Source: Opitutales bacterium (GTDB lineage Bacteria; Verrucomicrobiota; Verrucomicrobiia; Opitutales; PNEW01). From it: a stretch of 32,000 nucleotides of DNA. Below, in pieces: positions 9,264 to 19,296 of the stretch (the first letter of the stretch is position 1; each line of letters starts with the position of its first letter). The DNA is taken from contig CBDCNV010000001.1 in NCBI GenBank assembly GCA_965219535.1, positions 330,001 to 362,000 on the forward strand, given 5' to 3'. Under the pieces are notes generated by a model, which saw nothing but the letters and a program-made list of their open reading frames with translations, ran no database searches and was not told the origin of the DNA. The position numbers and the translations under genes are program-made.

Positions 9264-11537
9264 TTATCGCGATCTTTTTAATAAACGGGTCAATGTTGCC
9301 AACTCGGTTGTTGGTATATCGCATGTGTAGTTTTCACAGACAAAGGCCGTCGTTTCGCCATCTACCGGATTTATCGCTTTAAAAATTTCGAGTTTCTCAT
9401 TAAGGAAATCCTGCCCTTCTGCGCCGTCAGCTAAAAGAATTACTTTATTAGGTAAATAGTGTCGGTAAATTTCATTGAGCATTGCTTTTGTCGTGGATGC
9501 AAACCTGTTCCCACTTAGAATAATTTGTTTAGGGGTATCGAGATAGAAGCTTAAAGCAGCGAGCATATGTGGCATGGATTGAGGGGATCGAATAAAGTTT
9601 GAACTAAAAGCTTGAAGTGTTTTTTCCGCGCGGCTTCGATGGCTTGCGCTATCTATCATTTGGGACAGGCGTAAGAGATTCATAGCGGCAATCGAGTTTG
9701 GTGAGGGAATGGCTCCGTCAAAATTATCTTTCATGCGTAGAAGAATACTAGCGTCTTCTCCAGTAACGGTGAAATAACCCCCCGCGGTATCGTCCCAGAA
9801 AAGAATGTCCTGTTTTCCCTGAAGTTGTAGCGCCCACTGCAACCATTGGATGTCGAAAGAGGCTTCATAAAGGTCGAGCAAACCTTGTATGAGATAAGCA
9901 TAATCTTGTAGGAAACCTTCCACTTGCGAGGATCCGTTGCGGTAGGCACGGAGCAGGCGAGCGTTACTTTCCTGATATAGATTATTGCGAATAAAGGTTG
10001 CGGCTGCCGACGCTTTTTCTAAATAAACCGGGTCCTGAAGAATAATCGATGCGCGGGCATAGGATGAGATCATTAATCCATTCCACGCGGTAATAATCTT
10101 ATCGTCCAGCTGTGGTCTCTTACGTTTGTTGCGTGCTTGGAGTAAGCGATCCTTACACAGATTGATAAGAGATTTTAGCTGTTCTTCACTCTGGTTAAAT
10201 TGTGAGGCGGTGTCATTGAGTGAATGTTTTTCGTAAAGAATGTTATTACCGGTAAACTCTCCCCGGGGATCACTTTCAGGAGGCGCATTCCCCTCATCCT
10301 CTATGCCGTAACGGTAGGCGAGGATGCTGCCGTTCTCTTCACCCAGAATTTCGATGATTTCTGCCTTCGTCCATATATAGAATGCACCCTCCTCTTTTTC
10401 TTCGGCATCTGGAGTCGGAAGACTGTCGGCATCTTCCGCCGAGTAAAAGCCCCCTGTGGGATCGGTCAGCTGATTGTCAACGTAGCGCAGGATATCCTTC
10501 GCAATATCACCGTACCAGGAGTCGCTTGTCTGTTGATAAGCATTTAGGTATGCGTCGGAGAGTTGCGCCTGGTTATAGAGCATTTTTTCAAAATGGGGCA
10601 CGCGCCATTTGCCATCCACCGAATAGCGGTGAAATCCACCGCCCAAGTGGTCATGGATTCCACCCTGTGCGATATTACGGAGAGTGAAGAGAACCATGTC
10701 CCTGGCTAATTGCTTATCGGTGTCTTCAATTTCTTTACCAATCGAATAGCGTAAAAGAAAATTTAATGATACTGGCCGTGGAAACTTGGGTGCAGAGCCA
10801 AATCCACCACTGCGCTCATCGTATGTATCCTTATAAATGGTGTATGCATTTTTCAGTCTGATTAATTTTAAATTCTCAGGATTGTATGAGTCTGCGCTTG
10901 ATGGAATAAGATGGGACAGGATTTCGTTACTTATTTTCAATATCTTTTCACGATCAGTATTCCACATTTCAGCTATTGAGTTCAGAATAGAAGGAAAATC
11001 TGGACGTCCATAGTTAGGCTTTGGAGGGAAATAAGTGCCTCCGACAAAGGGTTTAAGATCGGAAGTGAGCCATACATTTAATGGCCATCCACCACTACCT
11101 GTAGTCGCTTGGACAAAACGCATATATACCTGATCTACATCCGGACGCTCTTCTCGGTCGACTTTTATGCTGACGAAATATTTATTCATCAACTGCGCAA
11201 TTTCCGGATTGGAAAATGATTCACGTTCCATGACATGGCACCAATGGCAGGTAGAATAGCCGATCGACAGAAAAATAGGCTTATCTTCAGCCCGGGCTTT
11301 TTCAAATGCCTCTTCTCCCCAGGGATACCAATCCACCGGATTATGCGCATGCTGCAAAAGATAAGGTGATTTTTCATTGATAAGGCGATTGCTTTGTGTG
11401 GTCACCATTTGCACATCACTATCATGCGAGATGTCATCTCTATCACTTGCTATAGTGCGATGCGGAAAAAACGCGAAACCAATAATAGTAATTGCGCACG
11501 TCGCCATCGAAAAATTAGAAGTGAAAAACTTAATCAT
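9264..11537 (-). CDS. Thioredoxin-domain protein of the YyaL/DUF255 type with a C-terminal (alpha/alpha)6 epimerase-like domain and an N-terminal signal/anchor
   Basis: [42 protein letters not shown] is the hallmark N-terminal region of this family. 757 aa. Hydrophobic N-terminus [14 protein letters not shown]. Confidence 0.85.
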   Translation of the reverse strand: MIKFFTSNFSMATCAITIIGFAFFPHRTIASDRDDISHDSDVQMVTTQSNRLINEKSPYLLQHAHNPVDWYPWGEEAFEKARAEDKPIFLSIGYSTCHWCHVMERESFSNPEIAQLMNKYFVSIKVDREERPDVDQVYMRFVQATTGSGGWPLNVWLTSDLKPFVGGTYFPPKPNYGRPDFPSILNSIAEMWNTDREKILKISNEILSHLIPSSADSYNPENLKLIRLKNAYTIYKDTYDERSGGFGSAPKFPRPVSLNFLLRYSIGKEIEDTDKQLARDMVLFTLRNIAQGGIHDHLGGGFHRYSVDGKWRVPHFEKMLYNQAQLSDAYLNAYQQTSDSWYGDIAKDILRYVDNQLTDPTGGFYSAEDADSLPTPDAEEKEEGAFYIWTKAEIIEILGEENGSILAYRYGIEDEGNAPPESDPRGEFTGNNILYEKHSLNDTASQFNQSEEQLKSLINLCKDRLLQARNKRKRPQLDDKIITAWNGLMISSYARASIILQDPVYLEKASAAATFIRNNLYQESNARLLRAYRNGSSQVEGFLQDYAYLIQGLLDLYEASFDIQWLQWALQLQGKQDILFWDDTAGGYFTVTGEDASILLRMKDNFDGAIPSPNSIAAMNLLRLSQMIDSASHRSRAEKTLQAFSSNFIRSPQSMPHMLAALSFYLDTPKQIILSGNRFASTTKAMLNEIYRHYLPNKVILLADGAEGQDFLNEKLEIFKAINPVDGETTAFVCENYTCDIPTTELATLTRLLKRSR

Positions 11538-11688
11538 TTTTTATCAAATTCTAAATTGTAGAGTAATAACAAAAAATAATTTAAAACAGCATTAAGCAAA
11601 AAATATGAACATTTTTTGAGTATAATATAAAAAATGGGAACCCACTTTAACAATACTTGTTCCAGGTAATTAGGGTAATAACCTGCTA

Positions 11689-12366
11689 CTATCCTATGCT
11701 TTCCCAAGAACCTTGGCGAGTGGGTTGTTTCAATGCTACTTTAAGTAAATCGAGGAAATAATTGCGAGATATCGCCTTTGCCCCGAATACTTCAAGATGA
11801 ACAGTAGGCATCTGGCAGTCTATTGCATGAAACCCCCAGTGTTTTAACTGATTGACGAGACGAGCGAGGGCCACTTTGGAGGCATTAGTAATACGGTGAA
11901 ACATTGATTCCCCAAAAAACATGTTTCCCAGTGACACCCCGTAAAGCCCCCCCGCTAATTTCCCTTCTCGCCAACATTCAACGCTGTGCGCGAATCCTGC
12001 ACGGTGAAGTTGAGTATATGCTGCGATCATTTCATCAGTTATCCATGTCCCCTTTTGACCGGGTCGGGGGCTTACCGCGCATGCGCGAATGACTTCCTCA
12101 AATGCAGTATCAATCGTTGTTTTCCAGACTGGATTTTTTAATTCCCTTCGAAGGCTATGCGGATAATGAAATTCAGAAAGCAATAATATAAAACGCGGAT
12201 CAGGACACCACCAATAAACAGGTTCGCCCTCACTATACCATGGGAATATCCCCATCTCATAGGCAGTTAGTAATCGATCTACCGTCAGTGCGCCGCCTTG
12301 GGCAAGAGGAAGACTGGCCGGACCACACCGCGGGTCCGGGAACCCGTTACGAGGTTTGTCTTTCAT
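11689..12366 (-). CDS. aat: Leucyl/phenylalanyl-tRNA--protein transferase
   Basis: GIFPWYSEGEPVYWWCPDPR, GGLYGVSLGNMFFGESMF and an Aat-type C-terminal half. 225 aa. Confidence 0.9.
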   Translation of the reverse strand: MKDKPRNGFPDPRCGPASLPLAQGGALTVDRLLTAYEMGIFPWYSEGEPVYWWCPDPRFILLLSEFHYPHSLRRELKNPVWKTTIDTAFEEVIRACAVSPRPGQKGTWITDEMIAAYTQLHRAGFAHSVECWREGKLAGGLYGVSLGNMFFGESMFHRITNASKVALARLVNQLKHWGFHAIDCQMPTVHLEVFGAKAISRNYFLDLLKVALKQPTRQGSWESIG

Positions 12367-12393
12367 ATCTGCTCTATGATAGTTCCGTATCGA

Positions 12394-14259
12394 TCAAGCG
12401 GGATCTTTCTTCGCAGTCTTTGCTTGATCAACGTAGATGCTTATTTCAGCTTTCTCATCACCCAGTAGTTCCTGAGCCCGCTTAAGCGCTCGAGCAGTGG
12501 ATAAGGTAGGATTTTGTGTGACGTCAGGGAAAATGTTTTCACGCCCAATGATTTCTAATAAACCTGAATTCTTTAAGACGCGAATGACATCTTTCCTTGC
12601 TTCGCTCACCAGTAGGTAGCGATCCAGGTCTTTCATGTATACAATAAGTTCTTCCAATGATAAAACGCTGGTCGCGTCTAAATGGTGCGCATTGCGCATT
12701 TTCAACACAACAATTTTCAGGTTAGGGTCTTCAACGATTCTTCTCATCTGGTCCCGAAAAAGTTCAACCGCGCCAAAAAATAATTCACCTTCGACGTGGA
12801 CGATTGAAATCTCAGGGTGCGTTCTTTTATTGTCTTCAAGTTGGGTTAATTGTCCTTCATCGGTAAATGTATACTCTACTAACTCTGGCATCGCCGCTTT
12901 ACGTAAGAAAAGGAGAATGGATATTCCTGCACCAAAATAGATCGCAGTATCTAAACGGAACAGCAATGTCCCAATAAAGGTGGTAACAAAAACAATGGCA
13001 TCTGACCGAGTAGCTTTCATAACAACTTGTATCGTATGCCGATTGATAAGCGAAATTCCTATACTGATTACGAGTATCGCAAGAGATGCTTTAGGGATGT
13101 AACTGATAAACGGGCCAAGGGCAAAGACACCGACAATACAAAAAATGCCGGTAATAATACTTGAGCACGCTGTTGCAGCACCACTCATAATGTTGAGTGA
13201 TGATCGGGTCAGCGATCCAGAAGCAGGCATCCCCGAAAGGAAGCCACAGCAAAGATTAGCGACTCCCATACTTAACATCTCTTGATTGGTGTCGAGGCGA
13301 TCGCCTGAACGGGCAGCCAATGATTTACCGATAGATGATCCCTCTAATATGGCGAGAAAGGAAATCGCCAACGCCAAACTCGCCAATTCACTTATCCATT
13401 GGAAATTAAAGTTAGGAAGGGTAAAAGCCCAGTGATGGGCGTTGATTGAATTGAGCATGGAGAGAGGGGCCAAATCCATATGAGCAAATGTGGGAGTTTG
13501 AAGTAAATAATTTATACCCATTGCGACTGCAGCCATTAGGAGTAAAGTGATGACGACGTTGGGTAGCGTTTTAAATTTCCTCAAGAGAAAGAAATATATA
13601 ATGACTGTAATTATACTTATTACAACCGAAGGCCAGTGCGTAAGGTGCAAAGAAAATAGTGTCTGTCGACAAACATGATAAAAGGTAGATGCCCCCGGTA
13701 TTTCAAAACCGAGCACACTTTTTACCTGGTTCGCAATAATTAATATCGCTGCACCTGTGATATAACCAGTGACGACACTACGTGAAACATACTGAATAAG
13801 ATTTGCTACACGAAGGTATGCGCCGAGAATCATGATGATCCCGACCATGAAGAGGAGAAGTGGCATCATTACCACTTTTGCTAGTGTCGTCCCTCCTATT
13901 GCAAGAAATGAACTGAAGAATAATACCGCGGTCGCGTTTGTCGGGCCCAAAGTGATAAACCGAGATCCAGAGAATATCGGTCCTATGATCGAAGCCACCG
14001 CTGCCCCGAAAACGCCGTACTGTATGGGAATCCCGGCGATTAATGCGTAGGCCATACCCTGTGGAAAAGTGAGCAGTGCTACGTTCAGCCCGGCCTTCAA
14101 ATCACTATTTAGTTTTCCCTTATTATAATCTTTTAAAACACGCCCAAGGGGAAAGAAATCTAACTGATTGTTCTCGGCAAGTGCGGTAAACCCTCTTCGG
14201 ATAGTCCTCCATATATTTAACCGTCGACTAAAAGGGGGTACGGATTGTTTTGTTTCCAC
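12394..14259 (-). CDS. SulP-family anion transporter with C-terminal STAS domain
   Basis: 621 aa. N-terminal SulP signature region (GLNVALLTFPQGMAYALIAGIP), a polytopic core and a C-terminal STAS-like domain (IVHVEGELFFGAVELF ... LKMRNAHHLDATSV). Confidence 0.85.
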   Translation of the reverse strand: METKQSVPPFSRRLNIWRTIRRGFTALAENNQLDFFPLGRVLKDYNKGKLNSDLKAGLNVALLTFPQGMAYALIAGIPIQYGVFGAAVASIIGPIFSGSRFITLGPTNATAVLFFSSFLAIGGTTLAKVVMMPLLLFMVGIIMILGAYLRVANLIQYVSRSVVTGYITGAAILIIANQVKSVLGFEIPGASTFYHVCRQTLFSLHLTHWPSVVISIITVIIYFFLLRKFKTLPNVVITLLLMAAVAMGINYLLQTPTFAHMDLAPLSMLNSINAHHWAFTLPNFNFQWISELASLALAISFLAILEGSSIGKSLAARSGDRLDTNQEMLSMGVANLCCGFLSGMPASGSLTRSSLNIMSGAATACSSIITGIFCIVGVFALGPFISYIPKASLAILVISIGISLINRHTIQVVMKATRSDAIVFVTTFIGTLLFRLDTAIYFGAGISILLFLRKAAMPELVEYTFTDEGQLTQLEDNKRTHPEISIVHVEGELFFGAVELFRDQMRRIVEDPNLKIVVLKMRNAHHLDATSVLSLEELIVYMKDLDRYLLVSEARKDVIRVLKNSGLLEIIGRENIFPDVTQNPTLSTARALKRAQELLGDEKAEISIYVDQAKTAKKDPA

Positions 14260-14351
14260 GATAAAAAGATATTCTATACTAAGAAATTAATTGGAGCAAT
14301 GCTTTAGAAATAATAAATAAATCTCCTAATTTAAGTAGTCTTAATCTCATC

Positions 14352-15266
14352 TTATTCAGTTATTTTAGTAGAGTTCTGTAAGCGATCAATCCAGTTTTCA
14401 ACCACGCTTAATACATTGGGAGTATTTGTATCATGCAGCAATAGATGAAAGGCTTCGGGATAAAAATGCTTTTGTTTGTCTGTGCTATTTAGGCGTGCAT
14501 AAAATGATTCAACTCTGTCTGCTTTGATAAAAATGTCCTTTCCGGCATATAGAAGTAATACTGGCAAATTTACTTTACTGGCTGCCTTGCTGCAATTTTC
14601 AATCATTTTCAATAGATTATAATAAAATCTCAGGGTAAAACATTTTAGTCTGTGAGGCGCCTCTTCGAGATATATTTCGTATTCATCGTCACTACTGACG
14701 CGGGTTGACCGGTCCTTATCTTTATTGAACCACTCGGGTGGAATTTTTATCCGGGGTAAGGTTTTCGTCAATAATCGCCATAAGCAAATCTGCCATCGCT
14801 GCAAATGAATGTCTAATTCAGTTACCGGGGTAAATAAAATCAGGCCATCGATACCGGGTAGATTATTTTCACTAGCGCAAGCATTGATCGCAACTACAGC
14901 CCCCATGCTTTCACCGGCAAGTATATGTATGGCATCGGGATTTAAGGTATAAACATAATCGCAAAATTCTTTCAGGTCACTTGTCAGAATATGCCAATCG
15001 ATAAGATCTCCCCGACGTTTTAACTTGGGGTCGTTTCCCTGGGTACGCATTTCAAAGGCATAGGTTACAATATTTTTTTGTGCTAAGTGAGTACCCAAAG
15101 GGTCGAAATCATTTGCCGATCCACCCAAACCGTGGACCGCAATCAGGACCACGTTTGGTTGGTCTGCCCCCTCCTTATTATCTAACCAATAGGTATAGTT
15201 GAAACTTTCGCCGTCACTGCTTGTCCATAGGCTGGAATTCTTATCTATGGATTTATTCATTGACAA
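14352..15266 (-). CDS. Alpha/beta hydrolase (lysophospholipase / monoacylglycerol-lipase-like)
   Basis: HGLGGS oxyanion region, nucleophile elbow GESMGA, and a C-terminal HLLLHD histidine region. 304 aa. Confidence 0.75.
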   Translation of the reverse strand: MSMNKSIDKNSSLWTSSDGESFNYTYWLDNKEGADQPNVVLIAVHGLGGSANDFDPLGTHLAQKNIVTYAFEMRTQGNDPKLKRRGDLIDWHILTSDLKEFCDYVYTLNPDAIHILAGESMGAVVAINACASENNLPGIDGLILFTPVTELDIHLQRWQICLWRLLTKTLPRIKIPPEWFNKDKDRSTRVSSDDEYEIYLEEAPHRLKCFTLRFYYNLLKMIENCSKAASKVNLPVLLLYAGKDIFIKADRVESFYARLNSTDKQKHFYPEAFHLLLHDTNTPNVLSVVENWIDRLQNSTKITE

Positions 15267-15468
15267 TTAGTGACGGGTAAAAATTAAGACCTTTGTTTAA
15301 TATTCGTTCAATGGACATCTAATAATAAAGGTAATTGAATGCGTCCAATTGGATAAAAAGGATTTGGTTTGATGATAGAGTAATCGGTGATATATTATAT
15401 AATAAATACAGCTATTTAACTTTTATCACGGTAAAGTTGGGATAATTTTAATTAAATGAGGAATTAAT

Positions 15469-17724
15469 ATGAGTAAATTGAAAATTCTATCGTCCCTATT
15501 TATTACACTGGGTCTGGGGATATCCAGTATTCTTAATGCTCTTCCTGAGAATCTCGAAACATTCATAGACTTTGAAAATTTTTCGGCCGAAGGCACAGAT
15601 TTTACCCTTGGCAATCCTCCGTTCACTATTCGGGTGATAAACTTTACTTTGGAAACTGTAGAGAACCCAAGTCTAGCGCGTTCGGGGACGAAGGCCCTGG
15701 TTCTTGTTCCCGGTGCTCAGGAAGGGAAAGTTTTATTCGAACGAGGAGTCAATGAGCTTCAGTTCTATGCGGCCGAAACTAACGGCGCTGGGCGAATAGA
15801 ACTAAGAGATGAAAACTTTCAAACCATATCTCAAGAAGGGATTATTAATGGCTTTACGACTGATATTAGCCCGGGTGCTAATCCTCCCTTGAGAAGTTTC
15901 GTCGCCTTTGGTGGCGATATACAGGATACATCTGATCTCAACTTTACAAATGGTATAAAAGAACTAAAGGTGATCAATGTAACGGGTCAATTTTCTCTCG
16001 ATGATATCGGGTTTACTTACGTTGATGGTCCTCCTAATAACACCGTCTTTGAAGATTTTGAGGATTTGAATAATCATATCCTCTTCTCGAATCCTGCGGA
16101 TCGGGTAAATTTTACTCTTGGTCAATCACCCTTTACAGCAACTTTTACCGGAGGCATTGCACAAATCGCTTTCGGCACCGATGACGTTAATTCACCCTTA
16201 AATTCTACCTTTCCCATTCCAGCCACCGATGCATTCGGCAGGCAAGCACCGGGAATCTGGAATATTCAAGATGATACCCTGGGAACGATCACCTTTGAAA
16301 CCCCCGCGGCCAAGGTTCAATTTTACGCGGCGGTTTTTGTTGAAGGAGACGGTGTCATCAGTGTTTTTGACACGGAAGACAACCTTCTCACTACAATTAC
16401 AGATTTACCGTTAAATATTAGATTCGAATCCGGCTTGGATTTTACTTTCTTTGATTTAAATGCTGAAGCGTTAGGAGCCCCTGGAGGAATAGGAAAAATA
16501 ACCTACCTTAATACCCCTTTGTTTGCTCCCGGTGCTGACTTTGGTGATAGCAGTATTGATGATTTTGGTTTTACCCCCCTCGGAGCCCCGGGGACTGATG
16601 GCGGACCACCTCCCGCAACTGCTCCTTCGATCACTACCCAGCCGGTAAGCCAGGAGATCGCATCCGGTGCCTCAGTGAGCTTGGCCGTCACCGCTAGCGG
16701 TGACGATCTTATCTACCAGTGGTTTACCGGCAACAGCGGTGACACCACCAGTCCTGTCGCCGGTGCGACGGGAGGTACCCTGGATACGGGCGCTCTCACC
16801 GCGAACACAAATTTCTGGGTGCAGATCATAAACGCTGGAGGCAGTGCTGACAGCGTTACCGCGGTCATCACCGTATTGGCACCGTCCGTCCCGCTCGTGC
16901 TTGATGGCTCGGGAGACATCGCCGGAGAGAACATCCAACATCCTAATGGAAACGTCTTCGACCAGATTCTGCTTACGGGTGAAACGATCCAGCTACAGGC
17001 CAGACCCGGGCAAATCACCCGTGTCTCCTTCATGGACGAAACCGAGGACATTGTACAGGTCGAGTTCTCAGGCGTCGGTAATTTTACCGTTACCCTCGAC
17101 CCGGCAACCTTCCTGCCACCGGCTATTCCCCCACGCTACAACCAGGCCGTAGAGTACGTGACCGGTAAGCCGGGCGTGGTCATCGATGGAGCGGACGCCA
17201 ATACCTTCTTCAGTATTTTCACCGTAGGATCGATTAACGCAGTGAACCAGGCGCTCTTCCCCGAGGGACAGGTCTACGACGCGCAGGCGGACGTGACCCT
17301 GGTGGAAGTTGTCAATTCTACGGGCATGGGCGGCATGCAGCTGTCGAACGCCGCGTTTAGTGGAAGCACGGGCAAGGTGGGTGTCGATGCGCGCGGGGTA
17401 CCGATCGCGGTGCGCTTAACGGTAGGCGACATCGATGCTGATGGTGACGCGGTACCACACCTGTTATTTGGATCAGGTTCCTTCACCGTAGCAGCCGGCA
17501 ACCCAGGGTTGCGGATCACGGGAGGTGACTTATTACAGACAAACGGGGCCGCAGTTGTGGTGGCGGAGAGTGGATCGACGACGACCGGGTTTGACACTCT
17601 GATCACACAGAACAATTTCAAGTCCGACAACACTCCTCAGCCGACCCTTAGCATCGATGCCACTTTCGCCAACGAAGATGGGGATGAGATTATGGTGACA
17701 GTCGATGAGATCACGATTGAGTAA
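15469..17724 (+). CDS. Secreted multidomain protein: signal peptide, two copies of an unrecognised module, an Ig-like domain and a G/A/V/T-rich C-terminal domain
   Basis: AGGAA Shine-Dalgarno-like motif ending 5 nt before the ATG. Signal peptide MSKLKILSSLFITLGLGISSILNA. The module motifs F-x-DFE, FTLG-x-(S/P)PF, (V/L)QFYAA and DD-x-GFT occur twice. Ig-like segment TTQPVSQEIASGASVSLAVTASGDDLIYQW. DIDADGD Ca-binding-like motif. The first ~370 aa are paralogous to the next gene. Confidence 0.85.
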   Translation: MSKLKILSSLFITLGLGISSILNALPENLETFIDFENFSAEGTDFTLGNPPFTIRVINFTLETVENPSLARSGTKALVLVPGAQEGKVLFERGVNELQFYAAETNGAGRIELRDENFQTISQEGIINGFTTDISPGANPPLRSFVAFGGDIQDTSDLNFTNGIKELKVINVTGQFSLDDIGFTYVDGPPNNTVFEDFEDLNNHILFSNPADRVNFTLGQSPFTATFTGGIAQIAFGTDDVNSPLNSTFPIPATDAFGRQAPGIWNIQDDTLGTITFETPAAKVQFYAAVFVEGDGVISVFDTEDNLLTTITDLPLNIRFESGLDFTFFDLNAEALGAPGGIGKITYLNTPLFAPGADFGDSSIDDFGFTPLGAPGTDGGPPPATAPSITTQPVSQEIASGASVSLAVTASGDDLIYQWFTGNSGDTTSPVAGATGGTLDTGALTANTNFWVQIINAGGSADSVTAVITVLAPSVPLVLDGSGDIAGENIQHPNGNVFDQILLTGETIQLQARPGQITRVSFMDETEDIVQVEFSGVGNFTVTLDPATFLPPAIPPRYNQAVEYVTGKPGVVIDGADANTFFSIFTVGSINAVNQALFPEGQVYDAQADVTLVEVVNSTGMGGMQLSNAAFSGSTGKVGVDARGVPIAVRLTVGDIDADGDAVPHLLFGSGSFTVAAGNPGLRITGGDLLQTNGAAVVVAESGSTTTGFDTLITQNNFKSDNTPQPTLSIDATFANEDGDEIMVTVDEITIE

Positions 17725-17960
17725 GACGATCAGCCGTCGCCCGCGCAGTAGCGGGGCTATGGCCGACAGGTTGCCGAATGTGGGTTATATCTAACGGTTA
17801 TCACTTATAAACTACTTAAACGTAATCGTTCACCTTCAAACTTGGCCGGCAATAGGTCTGCGGTTATGGATTGAAGAGGGTTGTAGACTTATAAATGTAC
17901 ACTGATAACTGTAGACCGCTTAACAATGATAGTATTTTTATATATATCCACCTGCACCGT

Positions 17961-17989
17961 TTGACACGCTTCTTAGGTATTTATATATT
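17961..17989 (+). promoter_or_regulatory. Near-consensus sigma70-type promoter for the second paralogue
   Basis: -35 TTGACA (17961-17966), exactly 17-nt spacer, -10 TATATT (17984-17989). It lies 20-26 nt upstream of the GTG 18010 / ATG 18016 starts, with AAGGG between. Confidence 0.5.
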
Positions 17990-18009
17990 AATCGGAATTC
18001 GAGCTAAGG

Positions 18010-19095
18010 GTGAAAATGAAAAATATCGTTATGTTATTATTAACTTTCTGGTTACTGGGTGTGTTGTGGAGCGCACCTGAAGACCTCGACGTGTTCATTG
18101 ATTTTGAAAATACCACGGGAGATGATGACTTTGTTATCGGTCAATCACCGAACAGTGTTCGTTTTATTGGTTTTACATTGCAGTCAACGAATGATCCTGA
18201 CCTCTCGCACTCGGGGACGAAATCATTGATCATTGAAACGGGCGAAGAAGGTAAAATAATATTTGAGAGAGGAGTAAATTTACTTCAATTCTATGCTGCT
18301 GAGACGAACGGGGAGGGGCGGATTGAACTCAGAGACAAAAATGCCTTTATCCTGCATAAAAATGGGGTCGCAGTAAGCTTGCCTACGAGTATTAGTCCCC
18401 AGGTTAATCCTGTCTTACACAGTTTTATCGCTTTCAGCGGGAATTTAAACGATGGTAACGATCTTAATTATACCAATGGTATTAAAACAATATCATTAAA
18501 GAATGTATCAGGTCAAATTGCTCTCGATGATCTGGGTTTTTCCTATGTCGATGGCCCGCCCAACAATACCCTGTATGAAGATTTTGAAAATATATTTTCC
18601 GATCCGCAGTTTGAAGATCCAGAAAATTTCACTTTGGGTGAATCACCCATTACTGCTACCTTCACCGGGGGTCTGGCTCGAGAAATTGGCGTATCAAGGA
18701 CATATAATCATACCTTTCCTTTTGGGGATAATCTCCTCTCCGAGGCGGCGTGGGGCGTCTATAACGGCACTACCGGGACAATAACATTCGAAACCCCCGC
18801 CGCTCAGGTTCAATTTTACGCATCTGTTTATGATAAAGATGATGGCGAGATCAGGGTCTTTGATTCTCATGATAACCTAATTGGTATAACGACTAAAATC
18901 CCGAATGATATTTCTATTGAGGTAAGCACAGATCCCATCCCATTTTATGATATTAATGCCATAGATTTAGGAGCGCCCGATGGGATCGGTAAAATTGAAT
19001 ACATTAATAAACCACAAAATTCACTGGTTCTCTTTTTTAATTATAACACCATTGATGATTTTGGTTTCACCTCTGTAACAGTATTACGAATTTAA
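18010..19095 (+). CDS. Secreted two-module paralogue of the preceding gene, lacking the Ig-like and C-terminal domains
   Basis: Signal peptide MKNIVMLLLTFWLLGVLWSA. Collinear with aa ~25-370 of the 751-aa protein (e.g. GVNLLQFYAAETNGEGRIELRDKN versus GVNELQFYAAETNGAGRIELRDEN). It ends 10 aa after the last DDFGFT motif. ATG at 18016 is probably the true start. Confidence 0.85.
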   Translation: MKMKNIVMLLLTFWLLGVLWSAPEDLDVFIDFENTTGDDDFVIGQSPNSVRFIGFTLQSTNDPDLSHSGTKSLIIETGEEGKIIFERGVNLLQFYAAETNGEGRIELRDKNAFILHKNGVAVSLPTSISPQVNPVLHSFIAFSGNLNDGNDLNYTNGIKTISLKNVSGQIALDDLGFSYVDGPPNNTLYEDFENIFSDPQFEDPENFTLGESPITATFTGGLAREIGVSRTYNHTFPFGDNLLSEAAWGVYNGTTGTITFETPAAQVQFYASVYDKDDGEIRVFDSHDNLIGITTKIPNDISIEVSTDPIPFYDINAIDLGAPDGIGKIEYINKPQNSLVLFFNYNTIDDFGFTSVTVLRI

Positions 19096-19296
19096 TAAAA
19101 TATATTTCTATTTTTTTATTTTTTCTAGAGGGCCACGCTCCGTCGTGGGCGTAATTGAATTGCGACTACAACGAGATAATTTATTAATCTCATCGTAACA
19201 GTTAATGCACATTATTGACTTTTTATGCCTTTAAAAGCATTGTAGTCTCATTCGTTAAATCGATAAGTAATCAGAATAATAAATAAGGATAATAAG

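Noticed and set aside
16503-17633. Cluster of long antisense and alternative-frame ORFs (62-119 aa) inside the 3' half of the 751-aa gene.
   Set aside because: They are confined to the GC-rich segment, where stop codons are rare. They overlap a much longer ORF with coherent domain structure, and have low-complexity R/P/S-rich translations with no motifs.
16575-17785. Mobile element or genomic island explaining the GC-rich segment.
   Set aside because: I could find no integrase, transposase, tRNA attachment site, or terminal inverted or direct repeats. The segment is in frame within a single gene, so it is reported as a chimeric gene, not a mobile element.
15469-19095. Diversity-generating retroelement or other targeted hypervariation acting on the paralogous secreted proteins.
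   Set aside because: There is no reverse transcriptase gene and no near-identical template/variable repeat pair. Divergence between the paralogues is spread over the whole length rather than concentrated at adenine-specific sites.
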